Below, piece after piece: positions 15,614 to 32,014 of a stretch of 64,000 nucleotides of DNA; positions within the stretch are counted from its first letter, which is position 1; every line of letters starts with the position of its first letter. Location of the stretch: NCBI RefSeq assembly GCF_009914755.1, contig NC_060927.1; one strand, written 5' to 3'. A program made the translations under genes and the position numbers. A model generated the notes under the pieces. It was not told the origin of the DNA. It did not search any database and saw only the letters and a program-made list of their open reading frames with translations. The stretch comes from the human T2T-CHM13v2.0 reference genome, Homo sapiens.

Positions 15614-16662
15614 TAATGACCTTTAACATCAAGATTGGCCACTAAAACATAAAAACTTAGCCATTTCCTCTATGTTAGAAAAAAAATTGCATCTACTTTT
15701 GGATGCATATTTAAAACAAAATTTAATTGCTAATATCAGTTTTTTTTTTCCTCAACAAACTTAGAGGAAAGTTATACACTGAGACAGGTGACATTAGTTT
15801 CTAAAGATGAATAATGATTCTCGATAATGCTTTGATTTCGTTTGCATTACTGTACATTATTGCTTGTTTTATTTATTTATTGAAATATATACCAATCTGT
15901 CAGGGGATCCTTGCAAGAACCCCAATAAATAATTAAGATTCATAAAACCATGTAGAAGAGCAATTTATAGCTAAAAATCTTTACCAAACTAAAATGTTAT
16001 CACTGTCAATTTTCCCATTTGTCTTTCAAAACACCTGCTATGTGTCATTTATGGGAGCTAAGACCAATATAGAACTACAATAATTAGAATCATGAACAAT
16101 TATATTTCTATATAAATATTTTTCAAACAAATCTCCTTTTATATTACATACAAATCTATATTTATTTCTTCTTCAAAGAGCTCAGTTACATAAAACCTTC
16201 TGGAATTTTGTTTTTACTCATTCATATTTTGGGAGAAAGCAAAAGAAAACTACTGAAGGGTGAAGAAAGGAAGGCATCTTCCCATAGTTTCAGATGATCA
16301 TTCTTAAAAGTGGTTTAGAAATAAATGTTAAAAACCTTAGTAAAATTGTACCCTTTATCAGTCACTCTCTAAGAGGAGTGTAAAGTTATCTAAAAATAAT
16401 TATTTTCTATAAGTATTATTAAAATAATTATATCAACATAATTTTAATGGCAAAATAATGTATGTACACAACAGAAAGAAACTGTATATTTTTAAAAATA
16501 TAATAGGTGCCACTGCTTGAGAAGATATATTGATCCTGAAGCCTCCACATCCTGCCTCCTGTATATAAAAGCCAGCAACTCATCTTCTTGATATCCTACT
16601 TAGAGAAACACTCTCACACACACCCAAGAAGGCATACCTAGGGATGTTTATTAAAATATTGT

Positions 16663-16750
16663 CTGTAGAATATAAGCTCCATGCAGACAGGGAATTGTGT
16701 ATACTTGGCTCACAGCTGTATCACCTGTGAAAGGGATTCATGGTACTTAC
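16663..16750 (+). mobile_element. L2 3' end fragment (preceded by an L1ME-like fragment at ~16530-16660)
   Basis: tagaatataagctccatgcagacaggga...cacagctgtatc. Confidence 0.5.
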
Positions 16751-16751
16751 T

Positions 16752-17134
16752 TGTCTTCATTCATTTTGTGCTACTATCACCTAATACCACATATAGGTAA
16801 TTTATACTATTATTTGCTTGTTAAAAGTTCTGGAGGCTGGAAAGATATTTATTTATTTTCTTACAGTTTTGGAGGCTGGGAAGCTCAAGATCAAGGTACC
16901 AATATCTGTCAAGGCCTTCTTGCTGTGTCATCACATGGTGGAAGGTGGAAGGGCAAAAAACAGAGCCTACTTCCAAAAGCACTTTTACTAAGGCTGTAAC
17001 CCCACCCATGACTGTGGGAGAATAGAACCCTCCTGACCTAATTACCTCTCCAAGGTCCCACATCTTACTATTGTTAAAACGACCATTCAATTTCAACATG
17101 AGTTTTAGAGGGGACAAGCATTCAAATCATAGCA
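16752..17134 (-). mobile_element. MST-family MaLR solo LTR
   Basis: Reverse complement starts tgctatgatttgaatgcttgtcccctctaaaactcatgttgaaatt and ends aagaca. Confidence 0.85.
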
Positions 17135-17219
17135 GTGCTTATGAATTTTTATAGCATAAACTGTACTGCAGAAGTTTCAAAGAACGAGTTAGGACTATTG
17201 TTAGTGACACTCACTTGTT

Positions 17220-18906
17220 TGTGTGGTTAAAAAAACTCATAAAATCTACCCTTTTGACACAGTTTCGTGTATGCACTGCAGTATTGGTAACTATATGTAC
17301 AATGTAATCAATAAGGTCTCTCGAATTTTTTTGGATTGCATAACTAAACTTAATATTCATTAAAAAACAGCTCTCCATTTCTCCCTCTTCTTAGCTCATG
17401 GAAACCATTATTCTATTTTTTGCTTCTATTAGTTTGACTACTTTAGATACCTCACGTAAATTGAATTAGCCAGTATTTGTCTTTCTGTGATTTTCTTTAT
17501 TCACTTAGCATAACGTTTTCAATTTTCACCCATGTTGTAGTTTATAACATGATTTCCTTCTTATTTAAGGCTCAATAATATCCCATTGCATAGTTCACGT
17601 TTTCTTTACTCATTCCTCTACTGGTGGGCATTTAGGTTGCTATCATGTCTTGGCTAATAATCCCCCAGTGAACATGAGTTTGCAATAATCTTTTCAAGGT
17701 TGTGTTTTTAGTGCTTTTGGAAATATATGAAGAAGTGAAATTGCTGAATGATATGGTAAATCTATTTTTAATTTTTTGAGGAATTTCCATACTATTTTCT
17801 AAAGCAGTAGCACCTTTTTACATTCTCACAAACAGTAGACAAGGGTTTTAATTTTTCCATCTCTTCTATAATAGTATTCCTTGTTTTCTGTTTGTTTTGT
17901 TTTATAATGGTTATGCTAACATGTGTGAGGTTATATCGAGTTATGGTTTGATTTGCATTTCCCTGATAATTAGTGATGTCAATCATCTTTTCATATGCCT
18001 GTTGGTCATTTGTATGTGTTCTTTAGCGAAATATCTATTTAAAACCCTCATCCATTTTAACTGGGTTATATGTTTCTGCTTTTTTTTGTTATTAAGTTGC
18101 AGGAGTACCTTATATATTTGCATATTAACCCCTCTCAGATGTATGATTTACACATTTTTTCCTGATTTCATAGATTCCCTTGTCATTTTTTTTCTTTTCT
18201 CCTTTCCTTCCTTGTAGCTTTTTAGTTTGATGTAGTCTGAATATATTTTTGCTTTTTTCCTGTGCATTTGACATCATATACAGTAATCATTGCCATGACC
18301 AATATTATGATTTTCCCTTATTTTTTTACTAATATTTTTATAGCTTAAGGTCTTACATTTAAGTTGGTAACCCATTTTGAATTAATTTTTGTGTATGGTG
18401 TAAGGTAAGGATTCAAATTCATTAGTTTTGCATATGGAAACCAATATTCCCAATGATTTGTTAAAGAGACAGTCTTTCCTCTGCATATAGTCTTATCACT
18501 CTTGTCAAAGATCATTTGATTTTATAATCATTAATTTATTTCTGGGCTCTTTATTCTGTTTCATTTGTTTATGTGTCTGTGTTTATGCCAATATTATACT
18601 GTTTTGTTTACTGTAGCTATATATACTATTTTTTGATGTCAGGAAATCTGAGGCCTCCAGCTTTGTTGTTCTTTCTCAAGATTGTTTGGTAATTCAAAGT
18701 CCTTTATAGGTCATATACATTTTAGGATTGTTTTTCAATTTCTTCAAAAAATGCTATTGGAATTTAAAAGAAAATTGCATTGAAACAGTAGTCCTCCGAA
18801 TAGTATGAGCATTATAGCAATACTGCACTTCAAATCCATAAACATGGAATGTCTTTCCATTAATTTGTGTCTTCTATAATTTTATTCAACAATATTTTGT
18901 CATTTC
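17220..18906 (-). mobile_element. Old L1M (late L1MA/L1MB-like) 3' part; outer element of the nest
   Basis: Antisense 3'UTR and ORF2; resumes colinearly at 27770. Confidence 0.8.
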
Positions 18907-20625
<1,719 letters not shown>

Positions 20626-21116
20626 AAGAATGTATATTCTCTTGATTTGGAGTGGAGAGTTCTGTAGATGTTTTTCAGCTCCACTTGATCCAGAGCTGAG
20701 TTCAAGTGGTGAATATCCTTGTTGATTTTCGGTCTCATTGACCCATCTAATATTGACAGTGGGGCATTAAATTCTCCCACTATTATTGTGTGGGAGTCTA
20801 AGTCTCTTTGTAGGTCTCTATGAACTTGTTTTATGAATCTGGATGCTCCTGTATTGGGTGCATATATATTTAGGGCAGTTAGCTCTTCTTGTTTAATTGA
20901 TCTCTTTACCATTATGTAAGGTCCTTCTTTGTATTTTTTGATCTTTGTTGGTTTAAAGTCTGTTTTATCAGAGACTGGGATTGCAACCCATGCTTTCTCC
21001 TGCTTTCTGTTTGCTTGGTAAATTTTTCTTCATCTTTTTATTTTGAGCCTATGTGTGCTTTGAACATGACATGGGTCTCCTGAATACAGCACGCTAATGC
21101 GTCTTTACTCTTTATC
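20626..21116 (-). mobile_element. Inverted 5' segment (ORF2 endonuclease) of an L1PA
   Basis: ORF 20574..20912 NIYAPNTGA...VGEFNAPLS is the L1 EN domain. Confidence 0.88.
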
Positions 21117-23883
21117 TAAACACCTCTGTGTAAATAAATTAGAAAATCTAGAATGAGTGGATAAATTCCTGGACACATACACACTCCCAAGACTATAGCA
21201 AGAAGTTGAATCCCTGAATAGACCAATAATAAGTTCTGAAATTGAAGCAGTCATCAATAGCCTACCATCTAAAAAAGCCCAGGACCAGACATACTCACAG
21301 CCGAATTCTACCAGAGGTATAAAGAGGAGCTAGGACCATTTCTTCTGAAACTACTGCAAACATTTGAAAAATAGGGAGTCCTCCCTAACTCATGTAATGA
21401 ATCCAGCATCATCCTGATACTAAAGCCTGGCAGAGACACAACAAAATAGAAAACTTCAGGCCAATATCCCTGATGAGCTTCAATGCAAAAATCCTCAATA
21501 AAATACTGGTAAACTGAATCCAGCAGCACATCAAAAAATTTATCCTCCATGGTCAAGTTGGCTTCATCCATGGGATGCAAGGCTGGTTCAACATACACAA
21601 ATCAGTAAACATAATTCATCACATAAAATGAACCAATGACAAAAATTGCATGATTATCTTAATAGATGCAGAAAAGGGATCTGATAAAATTCTACATCCT
21701 TTCATGTTAAAAACTCTCAATAAACTAAATATTGATGGAACATATCTCAAAATAATAAGAGCTATTTATGACAAACCCACAGCCAATATCATATTGAATG
21801 GGCACAAGCTAGATGAATTCCTTTTGAAAACCAGGATACCGTCTTTGACCACTTCTATTCAACACAGTATTTGAAGTTCTGGCCAGGGCAATCAGTCAAG
21901 AGAAAGAAATAAAGGGTATTCAAATAGGAAGAGAGGGAGTCAAATTGTCTCTGTTTGCAGACAACATGATTTTATAACTAGAAATCCCCATCATCTCAGC
22001 CAAAAACTCCTTAAGCTGATAAGCAACTTCAGCAAAGTCTCAGGATACAACATTCATGTGCAAAAATCACAAGCATTCCTTTACACCAACAATAGATAAG
22101 CTGAGAGCCAAATCATTAATGAACTCCTAGTCAAAACTGCCACAAAGGTAATGAAATACCTAGGAATACAGCTTACAAGGGATGTGAAGGACCTCTTCAA
22201 GAAGTACTACAAACCACTACTAAAGGAAATAAGAGAGGACACAAACAAATGGAAAAGCATTCCATCCTCATGTGTAGGAAGAATCAATATCGTGAAAATG
22301 GCCATACTGCCCAAAGCAATTAACAGATTCAGTGCTATTTCCATAAAACTACCATTGACGTATTTCACAAAATTAGAAGAAACCACATTAAATTTCATAT
22401 GGAATGAAAGAAGACACCATAGAGCCAAGACAATCCTAAGCAAAAAGAACAAAGTGGGAGGCATCACACTACTCAACTTCAAACTATAATACAAGGCTAC
22501 AGTAACCAAAACAGCATGACACTGGTACCAAAACAGCATGATACTGGTACCAAAACAGACATATAGGCCAATGGAACAGAACAGAGACCTCAGAAATAAC
22601 ACTACACATCTACAACCATCAGATCTTCAACGAACTTGACAAAAACAAGCAATGGGGAAATAATCTATTCAATAAATGGTGCTGGGAAAACTGGCTAGCC
22701 ATATTCAGAAAACTGAAACTGGACCTCTTTGTTACACCTTATACAAAAGTTAGCTCAAGATGGATTAAAGACTTAAATGTAAAACTCCAAACCATAAGAA
22801 CCCTAGAAGAAAACCTAGGCAGTACCATTTATGACATAAGCATGGGCAAAGATTTTATGACAAAAGCAATTGAAACAAAAGCCAAAACTGACAATTGGGA
22901 TCTAACTAAACTAAAGAGCTTCTGCATAGCAAAAGAAACTATCATCAGAGTGAGCAGGCAATCTATAGAATAAGAGAAATTTTTTACAATCTACCCATCT
23001 GACAAAGGTCTAATACCCAGAATTTACTTAAAAGAAACTTAAACAAATTTACAAGAAAAAAAAAAAACCCATCACAAAGTGAGCAAAGGATATGAAGAAA
23101 CACTTCTCAAAAGAAGACATTTATATGACCAAAAAACATATGAAAAAAACCTCAACATCACTGATCATTAGAGAAATGCAAATCAAAACCACAATGAGAT
23201 ACAATCTTATGCCAGTCAGAATGGCAATTATTAAAAAGTCCAGAAACAATAGATCCTGGCAAGGCTGTGGAGAAATAGAAAGGCATTGACACTGTTGGTG
23301 TGAATGTAAATTAGCTCAACCATTGTTGAAGACAGTATGGCAATTCCTTAAGGATCTAGAACCAGAAATGCCATTTGACCCAGCAATCGCATTACTGGAT
23401 ACATACTCAAAAGAATATAAATCATTGTACTACAAAGACACATGCACACATATGTTATTGAAGCACTATTTACAATAGCAAGTCATGGAACCAACCAAAA
23501 TGCCTATGAATTATAGACTGGATAAAAGAAAATATGCCACATATACCATGGAACGCTATGCAGCCATAAAAAGGAATGAGATCATGTCCTTTGCAGGGAC
23601 ATGGATGAAGGTGAAAGCCATCATTCTCAGCAAACTAACACAGGAACAGAGAACCCAACACCCCATGTTCACACTCATAAGTGGGAGTTGAATGATGAGG
23701 ACACATGGACACACGGAGGGGAACAGCACACACCTGGGCCTGTTGGGGTGTGGGGGTTGAGGGAAGGCAACTTAAAAGATGTGTCAATAGGTGCAGCAAA
23801 CCACCATGGCACACAGATACCTATGTAACCTGCACATTCTGCACATGTATCCCAGAACTTAAAGTAAAATTTAAAAAAAGAAA
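21117..23883 (+). mobile_element. L1PA (~PA8-PA10) ORF2 to 3'UTR/polyA
   Basis: From aaacacctctgtgtaaataaattag to 3'UTR gtcaataggtgcagcaaaccaccatggcac...aaagtaaaatt and A-tail. Confidence 0.9.
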
Positions 23884-26800
23884 GTATCTAGCTATTATAA
23901 TATTCGCATCTATTTCTCTCTTGAGCTTTAATAATATTTTAAAATCTATCTAGGTGCTCTAGTGTTAGGTGCGTATATATTTATAGTTGTTATATCATCA
24001 TGTTGAATTAACCCATTTGTCATTATATAATGACTTTCTTTATTTCTTTTCGTAGTTTTGCCTTGAAATCTATGTCTGATGTAAATATAGCTGCTCTTGG
24101 TCTTCTATGGTTTCCATTGGCATGGAATATCTTTTTCCATCCCTTTATTTTGAGTCTATGTGTGTCTTTATAGGTGAAGTTTGTTTCTTGCAGGCAACAG
24201 ATTATTGGGTCTTTTTTTTTTTTAATCCTTTCAGCCACTCTATGTCTTTTGATTGGAGAGTTTAGTCTATTTATATTCAATGTCATTATTGATAAGTAAG
24301 GACTTAGTCCTGCCATTTTGTTATTTGTTTTCTGGTTGTTTTGTGGTTTTCTCTTCTTTCTTTCCTTTCTGTCTTCCTTTAGTGAACATGATTTTCTCTG
24401 GTAATATAATTTACTTTCTTACTTTTTATTTTTTGTGTATCCATGGTATGTTTCTTGGTTTTAAGTTTCCATGAGGCTTGCAAATACTATCTTATAACCC
24501 ATTATTTTAAGCTGATAATAACTTAAAATTGGTATGAAGGAACAAACAAATATACGAGAAAAGAGAAAATTAACAAAATTTCTATGCTTCAACTTCGTCT
24601 TCCCACTTTTTAACTTTTTGTTGCTCCTATTTATATCTTATTGTACTGTCTATCCTTGAAAAGTTGTCATAGTTATTATTTTTTGTTGATTCATCTTTTA
24701 GCCTTTCTACATAACTTAAGAGTAGTTTACATACCACAGTTATAGTGTTATAATATGCTGTGTTTCTCTTGTCCTTACTATTACCAATGAGTTTTATACC
24801 TTCAGATGATTTTTATTGCTCATTAACATCCTTTTCTTTATGACTAATTTCCTCCCTTTAGTTTTTCTTGTAGGACAGGTACAGTGTTGATGAAATCTCT
24901 CAGCTTTTGTTTGTCTGGGAAAGTTTTTACTTCTCCTTCATATTTGAAGGATATTTTTGTCAGATATACTATCCTAGAAAAAAAGTTTTCTTTTCTCTTT
25001 ATCTTTTTAAGTATGTCACGCTACTCTCCCTTGACCTGAAAAGTTTCCACTGAAAACTCTGCTGCCAGATATATTGGCGCTCCATTGTATATTATTTGTT
25101 TCTTTTCTCTTGCTGCTTTTAGGATTATTTCTTTATCATTCATCTTTGAGAGTTTTATTATGAAATATCTTGAGGCTGTCTAATTTCAGTTACATCTGCT
25201 GTAATCTTGTTCTGTAATCTTGTACTTAAATATTGATAACTTTCTCTAGATTTAAAAAGTTCTCATTACTATCTCTTTGAATAAACCTTCTATCTCAATC
25301 TTTCTCTCTACTCCCTCTTTAATGTCAATAAATCTTAGATTTGTTCTTTGAGGCTATTTTCTAGTTTTCATAAGCCTGCTTCCTTTATGTATATATTTTT
25401 TCTTTCATCTTCTCTGTATTTTCAAATAGCTTGTCTTCAAGTTCACTCATTCTTTCTTCTGCTTGATCAACTCTTATAGTAAGACATTATGGTACAATTT
25501 TCAGTATGTCCATTGCATTTTTCAACTCCTGAATTTCTGTTTAATTTGTTTTAATTATTTCAAACTATTTGTCAAATTTATCTGATAGGATTGTGAATGC
25601 CTTATCTATGATATCTTGAATTTCATTGAACTTCCTAAAAACAGCTGTTTAGAATTCTCTATCTAAAAAGTCACATATCTCTGGCTCTCCAGGATTGGTC
25701 ACTAGTGCCTCATTTAGTTAGTTTGGTGAGGTTATGTTTTCCTGGATGGTCTTAATGCTTGTGGATGCCCATTGGTATCTGGGCATTAAAGAGATAGGTA
25801 TTTATTGTAGTCTGCAGTCTGGGCTTGTTTGTATCTGTCTTTCTTGAGAAGGCTTTCCAAGTATTCAAAATTAATTGGGTGTTGTGATCTGAGTCTTTGG
25901 TTACTGCTATCATTTCTGCATTTGTGGGCACCCAAGCCCAGTATAGTGTAATATTTGGAGACTTGTAAAGGCAATGCTATGCTTACCTTGAGTAAGATCT
26001 GAGAGAATTTCCTGGATCACCAGGCAGAGACTCTCAACCTTGTCCCTTACCACACCCCCAAACAAATGAAGCCTCTCTCTCTCTCTCTATTCTGAACTGC
26101 CTGGAGTTGATGGAGGGTTACCATAATCAACCCCATGGCCACCACCACTGGGACTGCACTCAGTCAAATCTAAAGTCAGTAGAGAACTAGGTCTCTTCTG
26201 AGGCCAGCATGACCACTGCCTGGCTACTGCCCATGTTCACTCAAGAGCCAAGGGCCCTTCAGTCAGCAAGTGGCAAATCCAACCAGGCTTGTTTCTTTCT
26301 TTTAAGGGTGGCAAGCTCCTAACTGGCCCAGATCCTGTCCAGAAATGTCCAGGAGCCAGGGCCTGGTGTCAGGAACCTTAGTAATCTACTTGGTGCTCTT
26401 TTCTACTGTGGCTTAGCTGGCACCCAAGCTGCAAGACCAAGTTGTTCCCACTCTTCCCTCCTGTTTCCAAAAGCTGAGGAGGTCTCTCTAATGGCCACTT
26501 AATGGCCCCAGGTCCGTGAGCAAGTACTCTCTGGCTACTGCCAATGTTCATTCAAGGACCAAAGGCTCTTAAGTCAGCTTGGGGTGAATGCTGCCAGCCC
26601 TGTGCCTTTTCCTTCAGGTTAGTGGAATCCCCACTTGCCCATGGCATTTCCATAAATGCATTCAGGAGCCGATGCTTGGAATTGGGACACCAGGAGCCCA
26701 TTTTGTGCTCTACCCCACTGTGGCCATTCAGTTTCCCATGCTGCATGGCACAGTCCCCTTTACTCTTCTGTTTTATTTTCTCAAGCAGAAAGAGTCTCTC

Positions 26801-27769
26801 CCTGTGGCCACCACAGCTGGGAAGGTCCTAGCCCACACCTGAAGCCAGCACACAACTGGATGTTACCCCAGCCCATAGAAAGTACTGCCTAGCTAATGTT
26901 GTTTATTACTCGAGGCTTGAGGGCTTTTTATTCAGCAGGTGATGGATTCTTCCAGAACTGGCTCTTTTTCTTCAAGTCAGCAGGTTTCCTTCTGATCCAG
27001 GCTGTGTCTAGAAATGTTATCTGAGAGCTAAGACCTAGAGTGAGAGCCTCAGGACTCTGCTTTGTGCCCTACGCTACTGTGGCTGTGCTGGTATCCAAAT
27101 TGCAAGACAAAGCCCCCTTCTTTCCTCAAGGAGTAGAAGGGAGTCTCTCCTGGAGCTGGGAGCTGCACTGCTGGGGTTGTAGGAGGGCGCCGCAAGTCCA
27201 CAGGCGTTGAGCACAGCACAGCACTAGGACTTGCCAAGGAATTGCAGTCCTTGTGGCATATCCTGCTTTTCAAGTTTATTTAGGACCCGCATATCACTTT
27301 AGCCCACTGTGGCATAGCCAGAACTCAGGTTCCAACTGCTGGGATGGATGATTCTCCTTTGGCTAGGGCAGGTCTAAATGCTTCTTCCATGGATGCTGTC
27401 TGAGTTCTGCCCTGTATTGCTTTCTGCTGTGACAGGAAACACTGAGTTCCAATGCAAAGTCCTGCATTGGACTCTCTGGACTCTCTGCCTGCCAGGTGCA
27501 CAGAATCTCTCTCTGCACCATGCAGTGACTGCAGGGAGATGGGAGAGTGGTGAGGTCAGCAATTCAAGACTGCCTTTCCTGCCCTCTTTAACTCTTCATT
27601 ACTTGACATGATGTTAAAAGCAGGTACCGTGATCACTCACCGGACTTTTGGTTCTTGTGAAGGTGCTTTCTTGTTTGGATAGTTATTCAATTTGGTGTTC
27701 CTGCAAGATGGGGGTTGGGGGGACGATCACTAGAGGGTTCGATTTAGCCATCTTGCTTAATCTCCCTCC
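23884..27769 (-). mobile_element. L1MA2/3-like, 5' part: EN, inter-ORF, ORF1, 5'UTR
   Basis: ORF 24023..24316 is the EN N-terminus (TLNINRLNSPIKRHRVAE...CCLQET); GC-richer 5'UTR ends at gccatcttg; degenerate TSD tgtcatttc (18898) / tgtagttttc (27770). Confidence 0.85.
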
Positions 27770-29620
<1,851 letters not shown>

Positions 29621-30662
29621 TCTCAAATATTTCCAAATAAAAGTGTGAAAATAAATTGAGTATATAAGGGTATATTTGTGGGATATAAGATATTGTCATT
29701 ATATTGTTTGTAGAAAATTAATATTTTTTGTACTCTGTTAAATGCTTTAATGTATTTTCTTTCTTTGGATTCGGTTTTAGAAAACTTGTAGTCTATGTTT
29801 TTAACTACCAAAATAATGCTCTATCTTTCCCATATACATACATATGTAATTTCCAGCAGGTAATAATGCTTGTTACATTTTTCAAATAACTATATTAATG
29901 TCTTGGGTCAAAGTCCATGAGGGAAGTCTCCTTTCTCATCAGTTAAATGAGTTTGTGTGTGTAACTGAGTATGTAGGTATGGAGTGGACATCCCACAGAG
30001 CTGTGCATAGAACACTTGAAATACGGTTATTATGATGGAGGATCAGAAATATTATATATCTGCAGCATAAAATATAAAACTTGTAGCATAGTCTTTGGAT
30101 ATAACATCTGTCAAGGAATAATTTCAGATAGATAAAGACAAAATTAATTTCTATCATGGCTGATTGTACTCTTTCTATGTTAGGTCACAAGTTAGGATTT
30201 ATTGGAATCTCAGAACAAGAGACTGAAGTTCCCATTCAAGTTTTATTCCACTGTATGATACATTTGCCTTTATTTGTGCTCAGTTTTCTGAAGCAAATGC
30301 TTAGAAAAATGTCGTGGATATAGTTGTTGAAATTTTTCGGTGTGTTTGTGCAAGTGTTATGTATCATCACTAATTTATGAAATTGTTTAGAGAAACAGAA
30401 GATGATGGATTTAGTATTTCTCTTATTTTTATATTAATTCATGTAAAGTTTTCAGGTTGTTTTGAATACCCAAAATATGACAGTAACTTGGCTGATAGGC
30501 ACAATAGGAAAACAAAAATCAAGTAAGAGTGTTTCTTTTACACAGAGAATTAATTATAGGTAAGAACACAGTGGCATTCCCTATCAGTAGGCGAAGTTTT
30601 CTTATGTTTAGTTGACATCTGCTGAAGTAAAATCTAGTTTAAGTAATTATTCTATATTTTTT

Positions 30663-30720
30663 CATTTATAATTATTTTTAATATTTAAATACAAAAAGTG
30701 AACGCCGGCTTCTGGTTTTC

Positions 30721-30757
<37 letters not shown>

Positions 30758-31758
30758 GTCTAATAGACAAAATGTGCACAGGAAAGGAGCTCCTGCTCTG
30801 TCTTCCACAGTCCCCATCCTGTGGCTGAAGCTGTTGTTAACATCTCTCCTCTCCAACATACATGGAGATTCATGGTTGCCACTTTACACTACAGTTGTAA
30901 TGCATTTTGTCTATTTCATATTGTGTGCATATCCCTTCCCAACAGCTCCATTCTAAAAAAATAAAAATAGATAAAGCAGCCAGTAGTGGCCAGCGGCACA
31001 TGCCTCCCACTGACATAAGTTCCTACGCCACAATGGACAAGTGCGATCTTCCACTTAGGAGCTATTTAGTAAAAGGAGTGGGGTGGCCAGAGGTGGAATA
31101 ACCATCTGCAAGACTGCATTCTGTTATCAGAGTGAAGACAGAAGAAGTAAGTCGGTATAGTGTGGAGGGCACAGTTGCAAGTTAAGTTTCTCCATGAGAC
31201 AATCTAGGGAGAATTCTCCCCACCAGGTTTAGGTAGATCAATGTGCAAAAGTTAAAAAAAAAATCAAAAAAGTCAGCATTTCAAACAATTTAATTTCAAA
31301 CTTCTGCTACCAAGACAGCTCAAACAACAGCAGTAAAAATTGAGATCTTTCCAGGAAGTGGAGCTAGAGACCCTGGCATGCCTCCTGACAGCCCCATGTC
31401 AGCCCCAGAAGTATCTGCTGTTGCTCCATTTGTAACTTCTCAGCCTCAAAGACAACATGAAAAACGAGGATTATATTGGAAGTAACCCCAGTCCACAAGG
31501 ATGACCTGGAAAACCTGTGCATGTTTTGAGCCATAAGAAGGGAGATATCAAAAGTGGCTGTGGCTGCAGACTGGACCCTATATGCAAATATCTTGGTTAG
31601 GCCCCATGGTCTCTTCGGCATGCTTTCATCTAGCTTCTCCTCATCATTCTCTTCCAGCTCCTACTTAGTCTTCTGCACATTGCTTTTCGGGAGCAATTAG
31701 TTTGGGGACAGGGGTTCCACAGCAAAAGTAGCAGTGACAGCAGCAGCCATGGCTACTC
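30663..31758 (-). pseudogene. TOMM22: Processed pseudogene of mitochondrial import receptor TOM22 (former CDS ~31750-31341 plus 3'UTR)
   Basis: Minus strand translates MAAAVTATFAVEPLSPN*LLPKSNVQKTK*ELEENDEEKLDESMPKRPWGLTKIFAYRVQSAATATFDISLLMAQNMHRFSRSSLWTGVTSNIILVFHVVFEAEKLQMEQQQILLG(frameshift)GLSGGMPGSLAPLPGKI, colinear with TOMM22; intronless; two stops and a frameshift; ATTAAA at 30677-30682; candidate TSD tatatttttt at 30653 and 31762. Confidence 0.95.
30725..30756. repeat. (CA)16 microsatellite
   Basis: Perfect dinucleotide run within the retrocopy 3'UTR. Confidence 0.95.
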
Positions 31759-32014
31759 TATTATATTTTTTATGACACTAATTTCCTTATATACCTAAGT
31801 CCATTTATATTCCTCTGACCCCTCTCTAGTGTTTTGGACACACATGGCTGCCTGACTACTTAGGTAATCGTTAGTATCAGTCTCAGAATTTCCTATGATT
31901 TATGGGATAAATTTACCAAGCTAATTTAATAAATCAATAATCAATTTTCCAGGTAGGCCATATTCATAGAAAAATAAAAACATATTTCAGCTTGCTTGAG
32001 GTTACACTGGTATT

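Noticed and set aside
26000-27760. GC-richer region as a gene promoter or exons
   Set aside because: Explained by the L1MA 5'UTR; CpG-depleted
31364-31621. 85-aa ORF as a functional TOM22 paralogue
   Set aside because: Upstream stops, a frameshift, many substitutions at conserved residues and no visible promoter
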